From contig CACXHH010000191.1 of the NCBI GenBank assembly GCA_902767455.1, positions 1 to 31,794 on the forward strand: a stretch of 31,794 bases of DNA, given 5' to 3'. This DNA is from an uncultured Eubacteriales bacterium. GTDB taxonomy: Bacteria; Bacillota; Clostridia; Christensenellales; Borkfalkiaceae. Each line of letters starts with the position of its first letter. The stretch's first letter is position 1. Shown piece by piece: positions 16,073 to 24,494 of the stretch. The notes beneath the pieces were generated by a model. It was given only the letters and a program-made list of their open reading frames with translations. It searched no databases and was not told the origin of the DNA. The translations under genes were made by a program, and so were the position numbers.

Positions 16073-17035
16073 TCAGTAGTTAGCGGAATCCGAATATATT
16101 TCGGACATGGGATTATCGAGATAGATGTTCGAGATTGCTTTAGCGAGCATCTTGTCGACGGACAATATCTCGATCTTATCTATTCTCTTTTCGGGCGGGA
16201 GATTGATGGTATCGAGAACGACGAGTTTGTCTATGTACGAATTCTTTATTCTCTCGATAGCGGGGCCTGAAAGCACGGCGTGCGTGCAGCAGGCGTAAAT
16301 CTTTTTGACGCCGGCTTTGTGGAGAGCTTCGGCGCCCTGGCAGATGGTGCCGGCGGTATCGATCATATCGTCAACGATAAGGCAGTTCTTGCCTTCGACT
16401 TCGCCGATGATGTTCATTATCTCTACCTGATTGGCTTTGGGACGACGTTTGTCGACTATCGCCATCTGGCAGTTGAGTTTATCTGCGACCGTTCTCGCGC
16501 GGGAAACGCTGCCTACGTCGGGAGAAACGACTACGAAAGTGTCGTCAACGAGATTCTTGAAGTATCTTGATAAAATGTGGTTGCCGACGAGATTGTCAAG
16601 CGGAATATTGAAAAAGCCTTGTATCTGTGCGGCGTGTAAATCTATGGTAAGCACCCTGTCCGCGCCTGCGGAAACGATTATGTCGGCAACGAGTTTCGCG
16701 GTGATCGGATCACGCGGTTTAGCCTTTCTGTCCTGACGGGCGTATCCGAAATACGGAATGACCGCCGTTATTCTGCCTGCCGAGCCGCGCTTCATCGTGT
16801 CGATCATGACGAGTAATTCCATCAAGCTCTCGTTTACCGGGGTGGAAGTCGACTGTATAATAAATACGTCCCTGCCCCTGACGCTTTCCTTAAGGTAAAC
16901 GCTCGTTTCGCCGTCTGAAAAGTGCCCTACTTCGATATCGCCGAGTTTGGTGTTGAGCTGGCGGGCTATAGCTTCAGCCAAAGGTTTGTTTGAGTTACCT
17001 GCAAAAAGTTTGAGTTCGGTACTGTGCGTAATCAT
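16073..17035 (-). CDS. prs: Ribose-phosphate pyrophosphokinase
   Basis: FSDGE, PYFGYARQDRK, DLHAAQIQGFF, SPDVG and IVDDMIDTAGT motifs; AAAGGAG SD. Confidence 0.99.
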   Translation of the reverse strand: MITHSTELKLFAGNSNKPLAEAIARQLNTKLGDIEVGHFSDGETSVYLKESVRGRDVFIIQSTSTPVNESLMELLVMIDTMKRGSAGRITAVIPYFGYARQDRKAKPRDPITAKLVADIIVSAGADRVLTIDLHAAQIQGFFNIPLDNLVGNHILSRYFKNLVDDTFVVVSPDVGSVSRARTVADKLNCQMAIVDKRRPKANQVEIMNIIGEVEGKNCLIVDDMIDTAGTICQGAEALHKAGVKKIYACCTHAVLSGPAIERIKNSYIDKLVVLDTINLPPEKRIDKIEILSVDKMLAKAISNIYLDNPMSEIYSDSANY

Positions 17036-17141
17036 CTCTTCTCCTTTAGTGTGACTCGGCCGCGCGGCGAAAGTTTATTAGGCGTTGCGGTCTGCCCGAT
17101 TATCGTCCGCCTTTTTGGCGGGCGTTTTCTTTTGTATTTAT

Positions 17142-17170
17142 ATAATAATAGAAATTTCGTTTTTAGTCAA
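17142..17170 (-). promoter_or_regulatory. Sigma-A promoter of prs (TTGACT-17-TATTAT)
   Basis: On the minus strand TTGACT is at 17170-17165 and TATTAT at 17147-17142, giving a ~100-nt GC-rich leader. Confidence 0.65.
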
Positions 17171-17305
17171 CTTAATTTTCGGCAGGTTTTTATTTTTAAA
17201 AAAAGTTTTTACTAAAACGGCTTTTCCGCCTCTTATTCTTTCGCGTAAAAAACAGACGCAAAAATCAAGAAAGCCCGTCTATAACTTCGTTATCATTAAA
17301 ATAGT

Positions 17306-17749
17306 TCAATTTGCGCCCTGCCGTCTGTTTTTGAAAAACTCGGTAAGAATATCAGAACAGCGCTCTTCGTTTTCGAGCTTTTCGACCTTACAGTTCCAGT
17401 TTAAGATAGCGCCGCTTTTCGCAAGCTTATCCGCGCCGCCCGTAGGACCGCTCGCCCCGAAGTAAACTTCGGGTATACGCGCGTTCATTATCGCGCCGAA
17501 GCACATTACGCACGGCTCCACGGTGACGTACATAACGCAGTCGTCAAGCCGCCAGCTTTTAAGTTTTTTACAAGCTTTTTCTATGGCGATAAGTTCGGCG
17601 TGCCCCGTTGCGAGCTGCGTTCTTTCGCGGACGTTGTGAGCTTTCGCTATAACCTTGCCGTTTTGAACTACGACCGCGCCGATAGGTATTTCGCCTTCAT
17701 CAAAAGCTTTGCGCGCTTCTTTATAAGCGACGTCCATAAAATTTTTCAT
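17306..17749 (-). CDS. tadA: tRNA-specific adenosine deaminase
   Basis: EIPIGAVVV, GHAELIAI and YVTVEPCVMCFGAIMNARI (HAE...PCxxC zinc motif). Confidence 0.93.
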   Translation of the reverse strand: MKNFMDVAYKEARKAFDEGEIPIGAVVVQNGKVIAKAHNVRERTQLATGHAELIAIEKACKKLKSWRLDDCVMYVTVEPCVMCFGAIMNARIPEVYFGASGPTGGADKLAKSGAILNWNCKVEKLENEERCSDILTEFFKNRRQGAN

Positions 17750-17750
17750 A

Positions 17751-18206
17751 TTATTTATGATAAGTATTTCCGTTGATAATGGTGAAAGCGCGGTAGAGCT
17801 GTTCGGTAAGTATAAGCCGCGCCAAAGTGTGCGGAAAGGTCATCTTCGAAAACGATATCTTTCCCGAAACGGCAGATTTCACGCTCTCGTCAAGCCCGTA
17901 GGAAGAACCTATAATAAACGTCAGCTCTTCGCCCGCGTCAACGGAAGAAGAAACGAGCTTGGCAAGCTCTGCGCTCGATATTTCTTTCCCTTCCACGCAG
18001 AGCGCGTAGCTTTTGCCCTTTACGCGCGAAATAATATTTTCGGCTTCGAGTTTAAGCGTCTTTTTGACGTCGGAAAGGTTTTCTTCCTTTATCTCGATCA
18101 TCTCTACCGAGCAGTATTTATTGAGCCGTTTAACGTATTCGGCTATGCCCGAACGGAAGTATTCTTCCTTAACTTTGCCGACGGCTATTATCTTTATCTT
18201 AAACAT
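17751..18206 (-). CDS. rlmH: 23S rRNA (pseudouridine-1915-N3)-methyltransferase
   Basis: IIAVGKVKE, LTFIIGSSYGL, SFSKMTFPHTLARLILTEQLYRAFTI and TYHK motifs. Confidence 0.97.
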   Translation of the reverse strand: MFKIKIIAVGKVKEEYFRSGIAEYVKRLNKYCSVEMIEIKEENLSDVKKTLKLEAENIISRVKGKSYALCVEGKEISSAELAKLVSSSVDAGEELTFIIGSSYGLDESVKSAVSGKISFSKMTFPHTLARLILTEQLYRAFTIINGNTYHK

Positions 18207-18222
18207 ACGCTTTTTTCGGTTG

Positions 18223-19155
18223 TCAGGCAAACAGATTCGCTATCCATACGGCAAGCGACAACACTAAGCCTATAACTCCCCCTTTCACAAATTCAAACCA
18301 GTTCGTCTTTTCGGGTTTTGAAGGCGCTTTCGTCGAAGTATCTCCAAAGCTTTCGGGTTTTCTTCCGACGAACAGAAGCGCGAACGCAACGGCAAGGCAT
18401 ATAAGCCCTACCGCCATACGTGCGATACCCGCGGGCAATATTGAAAATAACGAAAAATATTCGTTGAGTATGACGAGCAGATTGTTCAGAAAATGTATGA
18501 TTATCGTCGGAACTACGCTCCCGCTTTTGAGCGCGACGAGCGAAAGTATCAAGCCAACCGCAAACTGGTAAAGCGTTTTCGACGGGCTGAGATGGTATAC
18601 CGCAAACAAAGCGGCCGTTACGATAATCGATATATAGCCTGACTTTTTAAGCCCGTTCTGCACTATTCCGCGAAAGAGCGTTTCTTCGAGAACGGGCGGC
18701 AGAACGGCTATTACGACGATAGTCAAAATCAGATTGAGCGGAGAGTATTCGGGAAGATAGGACGGCGTATCGACGTAGCCGAAAAGACCGAGAAATTTGA
18801 TAAACAGTTCGTTAAGCTCGCCGAGCCCGAACAGCACGCCTATCGCCGTGGGGATAATCAAAAAATAGAATTTTTTGTCGATTCTGAATTTAAAATAAGC
18901 CGTTATATCGCCAAAAGACGAGCGGGAAACGAAAACTGTTGCAAGAATCGCAAAAAGAAGCGAAACGCACGGCAGAAAGTAGCTGAAATAAATATATACG
19001 GCGTCCTTTGAAGAAGCGCCGTTAAAGTGTACGATTATTGAAAACACGAGAGAAACGAGCATTACGAGAACGACCGCAAACGAAAACGCAAGTCCGCTCG
19101 TCCGCTCGCTTATTCCCAAAGGTTTGTTGATGGATTTTTTTATATCTCTTTCCAT
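18223..19155 (-). CDS. CPBP (CAAX/Abi-type) intramembrane glutamic endopeptidase
   Basis: PVLEETLFRG (EExxxR), FAVYH and IIIHFLNN motifs; multiple TM helices. Confidence 0.92.
   Translation of the reverse strand: MERDIKKSINKPLGISERTSGLAFSFAVVLVMLVSLVFSIIVHFNGASSKDAVYIYFSYFLPCVSLLFAILATVFVSRSSFGDITAYFKFRIDKKFYFLIIPTAIGVLFGLGELNELFIKFLGLFGYVDTPSYLPEYSPLNLILTIVVIAVLPPVLEETLFRGIVQNGLKKSGYISIIVTAALFAVYHLSPSKTLYQFAVGLILSLVALKSGSVVPTIIIHFLNNLLVILNEYFSLFSILPAGIARMAVGLICLAVAFALLFVGRKPESFGDTSTKAPSKPEKTNWFEFVKGGVIGLVLSLAVWIANLFA
18621..18647 (-). repeat. Dispersed motif copy inside the CPBP gene (AAAAGTCAGGCTATATATCGATTATCG)
   Basis: 16/20 match to consensus, with matching AAAA and TCG flanks. Confidence 0.45.
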
Positions 19156-19187
19156 TAGGATCTGCCTTTTTTAATTAAAAATGCGTT

Positions 19188-19207
19188 TTATCGACTTATA
19201 GCCCGAC
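19188..19207 (-). repeat. Dispersed motif copy E (GTCGGGCTATAAGTCGATAA)
   Basis: This is the copy used as consensus; it abuts the plsY TAA. Confidence 0.85.
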
Positions 19208-19990
19208 TTATTCGTTCTTTTCTCCGTTTTCGCCAACGCTCTTTTCGTCGTCGGAAGAAACTTTTTGCTTCTTGTTTTTAAGTTTCAGATCTTTTATCAT
19301 CTGCCACCAGTTAGTGGGGTGTTCGTCGCCCGACAGAAGCCTTCCGATGTTCTGTCTGTGCGCAAACCAGGTAAGAACGACTATTCCGAGAATAAGCATA
19401 TTTATAACGATAAAATACGTTATCTCGCCGCCGTCGACTTGTACCGACGGCTTGTAGTAAGTGTTGTAAATATCAAGACATGCGTAAATAGCCGGCGGAG
19501 TGGTGGCTAAAAACGAGCCCATCGAGCCTATTCTCGTAACGAAAATAAAAAGTAGCGCGACCACGCCGAAAATTATCGCGATATACCATTCGGTAACAAC
19601 GAAAACGCCTATCGTGGAGGCTATGCCCTTTCCGCCTTTGAAATGCAAAAACACGGGGAAGATGTGCCCGAATACGACGAAGAAGCCCGCAAGGTAGCGC
19701 GTTAAGAGTGTTATCGGGAGCATCGAGCCGGCAAAGAGCTTGTCGCCGAAAATAAAGCCGACCAAAAATGTGGGGATAGCGCCCTTCAAAATATCGAGAA
19801 CGAGTATCAAAAGCCCTATCTTCAGTCCGAAAACCCTGCTCATATTCATCGTGCCGGGATTTCCGCTGCCTTCGTTACGGATATCGCGTTTTAAAAGTTT
19901 TGAAATTATTACGGCGTTGTTGACGTTGCCGAGAAGGTAAGAGCCGATCGCAACGAGAAGCAACACCCACCAACACTGTGAAAAACTCAT
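19208..19990 (-). CDS. plsY: Acyl-phosphate:glycerol-3-phosphate acyltransferase
   Basis: SYLLGNV, DIRNEGSGNPGTMN, LDILKG, GHIFPVFLHFKGGKGIASTIG and HRQNIGRLLSG motifs. Translationally coupled to der (TAA ATG). Confidence 0.96.
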   Translation of the reverse strand: MSFSQCWWVLLLVAIGSYLLGNVNNAVIISKLLKRDIRNEGSGNPGTMNMSRVFGLKIGLLILVLDILKGAIPTFLVGFIFGDKLFAGSMLPITLLTRYLAGFFVVFGHIFPVFLHFKGGKGIASTIGVFVVTEWYIAIIFGVVALLFIFVTRIGSMGSFLATTPPAIYACLDIYNTYYKPSVQVDGGEITYFIVINMLILGIVVLTWFAHRQNIGRLLSGDEHPTNWWQMIKDLKLKNKKQKVSSDDEKSVGENGEKNE

Positions 19991-21307
19991 TTAATCTTCG
20001 TTCCTTTCCTTGAAGAATATTCTTATCGGCGTACCGGAAAAATCAAACGTCTTTCTGATAACGTTTTCAAGATAGCGTTTATACGAAAAATGCACGAGTT
20101 CGGCGTTGTTTACGAAGATAACGAACGTCGGCGGACATACTCCGTCCTGAACGGAATAGAAAATTTTCAGCCTTCTGCCTTTTTTTGAAGGCGGTTCGGT
20201 CATTCTGACGGCGTCGCCGATAACTTCGTTGAGCGTGCCGGTGGTTATGCGTTTTCTCGCGTTCGTCAAAGCTTCCTTTGCGGCGGCGAGCGTCTTTTCG
20301 ACGCGTTGTCCAGTCTTTGCCGAAATGAACACGGGTTTGAAATAATCCATAAACGCCAGGTCGTTATCGAGTTTTTTCTTGAACTCGTTTACGGTGTTCG
20401 TATCCTTATCGATAACGTCCCACTTATTCATGACGACGACCGAAGGTTTACCCTGTTCGTGGACGTAGCCGGCTATTTTCACGTCTTGCTCGGTGAGTCC
20501 GACTTCGCTGTCGACCACGATAAGCGAAACGTCCGCGCGGCGAACGGAGCCAAGCGCTCTTATAACGCTGTAATACTCGATATCTTCTTCGACGGCTTTT
20601 TTCTTTCTTATGCCCGCGGTGTCAATGAGAACGTACTTCTGCCCGTCGAACTCGAAAGGCGTATCTATCGCGTCGCGCGTGGTGCCGCTTATATCCGAAA
20701 CTATCGTGCGGTCGTAGCCGAGAAGCTTATTGACGAGGCTCGATTTGCCCGCGTTTGGCTTCCCGACGACGGCGACCTTTATAACTTCGTCATCGGAAGC
20801 GTCGTCCTCGATACGCCCGAAGTTTTTACATACTTCGTCAAGGCAATCTCCGAAGCCTTTGGACTGCTCGCTCGAAATACCTATCGGCTCGCCAAGCCCC
20901 AAAGCGTAGAAATCGAAAAGTTCGTCGGCGCGGAAGTTGTCGAGTTTATTGACGACGAGAACTACGGGTTTGCGGCTTCTTCTCAATCTTTCGGCAACGT
21001 CCATATCGGCGGCGGTCACGCCGTCTTTTACGCTTGTCATAAATATAATGACGTCGGCGGTGTCGATAGCGATTTCCGCCTGCTTTTTGATATGGCGCCA
21101 CATTTCGTCCTGACTTTTAAGTTCGATACCGCCCGTATCTACGAGCGTAAACTTATAGCCGCACCACTCGGCGTCGCAGTATATCCTGTCGCGAGTAACT
21201 CCCGGGTGGTCCTTGACGATGGATATCTTCGTCCCCGTTATCTTATTGAAGAAAGTCGACTTGCCGACGTTAGGTCTGCCGACTATGGCTACGATGGGAT
21301 TATTCAT
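19991..21307 (-). CDS. der: Ribosome biogenesis GTPase Der (EngA)
   Basis: Two GTPase domains (GRPNVGKS/DTGG/NKLD and GKPNAGKS/DTAG/NKWD) plus a KH-like C-terminus. ATG 21307 has a GGAG SD. Confidence 0.99.
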   Translation of the reverse strand: MNNPIVAIVGRPNVGKSTFFNKITGTKISIVKDHPGVTRDRIYCDAEWCGYKFTLVDTGGIELKSQDEMWRHIKKQAEIAIDTADVIIFMTSVKDGVTAADMDVAERLRRSRKPVVLVVNKLDNFRADELFDFYALGLGEPIGISSEQSKGFGDCLDEVCKNFGRIEDDASDDEVIKVAVVGKPNAGKSSLVNKLLGYDRTIVSDISGTTRDAIDTPFEFDGQKYVLIDTAGIRKKKAVEEDIEYYSVIRALGSVRRADVSLIVVDSEVGLTEQDVKIAGYVHEQGKPSVVVMNKWDVIDKDTNTVNEFKKKLDNDLAFMDYFKPVFISAKTGQRVEKTLAAAKEALTNARKRITTGTLNEVIGDAVRMTEPPSKKGRRLKIFYSVQDGVCPPTFVIFVNNAELVHFSYKRYLENVIRKTFDFSGTPIRIFFKERNED

Positions 21308-21364
21308 ATATTCTCCGTAAAGCGGCAAAGTATTACGCCGCAAATTGTTGATTTCAGTAAAAAA

Positions 21365-21401
21365 GCCTGCCTATAAATCGATTATCGGCTTATATGTCGC
21401 G
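21365..21401. repeat. Dispersed motif copy F: head-to-head pair (CCTATAAATCGA-TTA-TCGGCTTATA) overlapping the DUF512 stop
   Basis: Arms match the consensus 15/20 (+) and 14/20 (-) and form an imperfect hairpin. Confidence 0.65.
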
Positions 21402-22667
21402 AGTCAAGCCGTCGAAGAAGTCCCCGCCGCCGCACGGCAGAACGCGGACCTTCTTGCCTATCTCGCGCGAGAGTTCGTCTAAGCTCACGTCGTCTAAAAA
21501 GAGCGTTCCTTCGACGTTGAGCATCGCCGAAGATATGGCGAGTTCGTCAAACGGCTTATCGAATTTCCTGACGAAGTTTATTACGTCTTTACCGACTACA
21601 AGCCCCGTACAAGTGACTGTGTTACCGAAAAACTCGTTTTCCACGCCTTCGACATAAACTTTCAACCCCTCGCAATACTCTTCGGCAATACGCGCGTGGC
21701 GCTCGATGAATTTTTTGCTCGCAACGCCCGTAACTATCAAGAAAGTCCTTGTATAACTTCGTTTTTCGAGTTTTTCTTTAAATTCGTGCTCGAACATGGC
21801 GTTCATGCCTATCCCGTTTTCGAGCTGGTCGAACTCCCCGTAAAAAGAGTACGGCTCGACGTCAATATCGGCTTTTAAATAAAAGTCGTCGGCAACGAGC
21901 GCAAAATCGCGTTTTATCGCCGCGTTGAACGCCTTGACTTGTTCTATCACCTTGCGTGAAGAAACAAGGTCGTAATCTTCTATCTTTTCAAGCCCGTCAC
22001 GGAAACGCGTTATCCCGCACGGAACTACCGCGCAAGATTTGACGTTATTTATCGCGGAAAGGTCGTTGAGCGTTTTATCGAGAAGCTCGCCGTCGTTTAC
22101 GCCTTTTACGAGCACGACTTGCGTATGCATTTCGATACCGCCTTCGTCAAGCTTTTTAAGCTGTGACAAGATCTTGTCGGCGAAGCGGTTTTTGAGCATT
22201 TTTTTACGCGTTTCGCCGTCGGTCACGTGCACGGAAATATACAGCGGACTCAACTTCAATCTTACAATACGCTCTATATCTTCGTCCGTAACGTTGGTGA
22301 GAGTGACGTAGTTTCCGCATAAGAAACTCTGGCGGTAGTCGTCGTCCTTGACGTATAAAGTCGGGCGCATGCCTTTGGGCATCTGCGAAACGAAACAAAA
22401 AATGCAGTCGTTACGGCAGGTCTTTATCTCGAGATTGTCGCTTACGAAAGTAAGCCCGAGCGTTTCGTCCACTTCCTTTTCGACTTCGAACTCGACCACT
22501 TCCCCTGCCGACTCGACTTCCATCACGAAATATTCCTGTTCGTCGTAAAAAAGGTAGTCGAGAAGGTCTTTCGCTTCGTGCCCGTCGAAAGAAACGATCT
22601 TATCGCCGATATTCAGTTGTAATTCTTCGCCGAGAGAACCTTCGTCGATAGTTTTTATAGTAAGCAT
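21390..22667 (-). CDS. PDZ + radical SAM + DUF512 protein (TIGR03279-like)
   Basis: N-terminal PDZ-like region, CRNDCIFC (CxxxCxxC), KDDDYRQSFLCGNYVTLTN, SPLYISVH and QLENGIGM. Upstream of der, as commonly seen in Clostridia. Confidence 0.9.
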   Translation of the reverse strand: MLTIKTIDEGSLGEELQLNIGDKIVSFDGHEAKDLLDYLFYDEQEYFVMEVESAGEVVEFEVEKEVDETLGLTFVSDNLEIKTCRNDCIFCFVSQMPKGMRPTLYVKDDDYRQSFLCGNYVTLTNVTDEDIERIVRLKLSPLYISVHVTDGETRKKMLKNRFADKILSQLKKLDEGGIEMHTQVVLVKGVNDGELLDKTLNDLSAINNVKSCAVVPCGITRFRDGLEKIEDYDLVSSRKVIEQVKAFNAAIKRDFALVADDFYLKADIDVEPYSFYGEFDQLENGIGMNAMFEHEFKEKLEKRSYTRTFLIVTGVASKKFIERHARIAEEYCEGLKVYVEGVENEFFGNTVTCTGLVVGKDVINFVRKFDKPFDELAISSAMLNVEGTLFLDDVSLDELSREIGKKVRVLPCGGGDFFDGLTRDI

Positions 22668-22704
22668 AATATCGTTTTTTATCAGTTTCGTATTATAAAA
22701 TATC

Positions 22705-22729
22705 GTCGATTATCGACTTATAGGCGGGT
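22705..22729 (-). repeat. Dispersed motif copy G with a partial second arm (CCCGCCTATAAGTCGA-TAA-TCGAC)
   Basis: 16/20 match to consensus, about 6 nt after the reductase stop; forms the hairpin GTCGA-TAA-TCGAC. Confidence 0.75.
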
Positions 22730-22734
22730 TTTTT

Positions 22735-23841
22735 TTATTCAAACGTCTTCGCTACGTCAACTAAAAGCGCCCTTATGGGGAGCTTCTGCGGACATATCCG
22801 TTCGCACTTTCCGCACTTTATACAGTCACTCGCCTTGCCCTTGCCGACGGTGTGAACGGAATCGTAATAGAAATCGGCGTTCCAGTCGTTGAAGTGCTTT
22901 TTCGCGTTGTAGCACGCGAAAAGATCGGGTATCGAAATACTCTTCGGGCAGCCGTCGACGCAATAGCGGCAAGCCGTGCACGCTATCATATTTTTCCCGC
23001 GTATTATTTTTTTGATACGCTCGGCGGCGGCAAGTTCTTCATCCGAAAGTTTACGGTAATCGGACATAAAACTTACGTTTTCTTCAAGCTGACTCGGCTC
23101 GCTCATCCCCGACAAGACCATCATGATACTGTCGGGCATAGCGGCGAATCTTATGGCAAGTTGCGCCGCGGAAATCCCCAGCTCGTCCGCAACGGCTTTG
23201 GCTTCGGGAATAAGGTTTGCTAAACTTCCGCCCTTTATCGGCTCCATGACGATAACGGGTTTGCAATGTTTTTCGCAAGTTTTCAGGCATTTTCCGCTCT
23301 GCACGGCGATATCGTCGTAATCGAGATAGTTATACTGTATCTGTACGACTTCTATCTGCGGATATTCTGTCATAATTTTATCGAGCACGTCGGCTGTGTC
23401 GTGGAAGGAAATGCCGAAGTGCTTTATTTTGCCTTCTTCTTTGAGCTTTAACGCTTCTTCGTATGCCCGACATCTCTTGAAATGCTCGAAGTTGACTTTG
23501 TTCTGCGAGTGCATAAGATAAAAATCGAAATATTCCACCCCGCAGGTTTTAAGTTGATTTTCAAAAAACGGACGTATATCGGCGTTCGTTTTGAAATATG
23601 GCTCGGTGAGTTTATCCGTTATCGTAAAAGCTTCGCGCGGGTAACGGTCTGAAACGCATTTTTTGAACGCTTTTTCGCTCAATCCGTTATGGTAGCCGTG
23701 AGCCGTATCGAAGTAGTTGAAACCGCTCGCGATAAACTTATCGACCATTGCGTTTAACTTTTCGCAGTCGATCTCCATACCCTTTTTCGGAAGGCGCATA
23801 AGCCCGAACCCAAGCTTGTTTTTAACGTTGAAATACTGCAT
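22735..23841 (-). CDS. Aldo/keto reductase with C-terminal 4Fe-4S ferredoxin domain
   Basis: LGFGLMRLP, YFDTAHGY, YFDFYLMH, HFGISFH and MEPIKGG motifs; CTACRYC...CP and CIKCGKCERICP clusters. Confidence 0.93.
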   Translation of the reverse strand: MQYFNVKNKLGFGLMRLPKKGMEIDCEKLNAMVDKFIASGFNYFDTAHGYHNGLSEKAFKKCVSDRYPREAFTITDKLTEPYFKTNADIRPFFENQLKTCGVEYFDFYLMHSQNKVNFEHFKRCRAYEEALKLKEEGKIKHFGISFHDTADVLDKIMTEYPQIEVVQIQYNYLDYDDIAVQSGKCLKTCEKHCKPVIVMEPIKGGSLANLIPEAKAVADELGISAAQLAIRFAAMPDSIMMVLSGMSEPSQLEENVSFMSDYRKLSDEELAAAERIKKIIRGKNMIACTACRYCVDGCPKSISIPDLFACYNAKKHFNDWNADFYYDSVHTVGKGKASDCIKCGKCERICPQKLPIRALLVDVAKTFE

Positions 23842-23868
23842 AAGTCCCCCTATACGTCGGTTTTAGCG

Positions 23869-24456
23869 TTATTTTGCAAGTTTAAACTCTATTTTTTCAA
23901 ATCTCGTGAGATAATCGCGTTTTCTGCCGGTATCTTCCGTGCGGTCAACGAGAAGTATCGTCAACGCTTCCCAAATAGTGACGGTGGCGGCTATATCCGC
24001 AACGTACGCCGCAATGTCTTTTACGAGCCCGCCGTCCGTCCACAGATGCCCCACGAGAATATTCGCCACGAAAAACGCGACGCCCGTACCTATAAGAATA
24101 AACGCTATCCTGTTCTTTCTCTTTTTAGCCGTTTCACCCGTCTTGTATTGAAGAATAACGTTCTTTTTGAAATTATCGGTAAGCTGTTCCACGGAATAGC
24201 CTTCGAGATCTTTAAAACATACTTCGAGATCTATACGGTACTTTTTGGGAACGGCGTCGACGACGTAATTTATCCAGTCGAAAAAATCGTCGGTAAGAAC
24301 CGGGCGCGCGGTAGCGAAATTATTGTCGAACAAATCGCGCGGCGTATCGTAAATAAGCTTGACGCGCGCGATCTTTTTCTCGTGGTCTATATCGAAATAT
24401 TCGTTCTCGATATTTTCGTATTCGTCTATTATCTTTTTGAATTTATTCTTTGCCAT
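23869..24456 (-). CDS. Hypothetical protein with a soluble N-domain and a C-terminal two-TM hairpin
   Basis: 195-aa ORF fitting between flanking genes. Two hydrophobic segments: IAFILIGTGVAFFVANILVG and IAAYVADIAATVTIWEALTILLV. Confidence 0.8.
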   Translation of the reverse strand: MAKNKFKKIIDEYENIENEYFDIDHEKKIARVKLIYDTPRDLFDNNFATARPVLTDDFFDWINYVVDAVPKKYRIDLEVCFKDLEGYSVEQLTDNFKKNVILQYKTGETAKKRKNRIAFILIGTGVAFFVANILVGHLWTDGGLVKDIAAYVADIAATVTIWEALTILLVDRTEDTGRKRDYLTRFEKIEFKLAK

Positions 24457-24472
24457 GTATATTTTTGCGTGT

Positions 24473-24492
24473 TTATCGCCTTATAGCCCGAC
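24473..24492 (-). repeat. Dispersed motif copy H (GTCGGGCTATAAGGCGATAA)
   Basis: 19/20 match to consensus, 2 nt after the thioesterase stop. Confidence 0.85.
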
Positions 24493-24494
24493 TT

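Noticed and set aside
17271-17295. Weak resemblance to the dispersed motif downstream of tadA (GTCTATAACTTCGTTA)
   Set aside because: Needs a gap and several mismatches; too degenerate to call by eye.
21151-21161. Short GGCTATAAG-type matches in der, prs (16961-16971), metK and the hydrolase
   Set aside because: Only 9-11 nt and explained by common Gly-Tyr-Lys or Ala-Ile codons, so not counted as motif copies.
20306-21376. 356-aa + strand ORF
   Set aside because: Codon-aligned antisense shadow of der, with no protein-like features.
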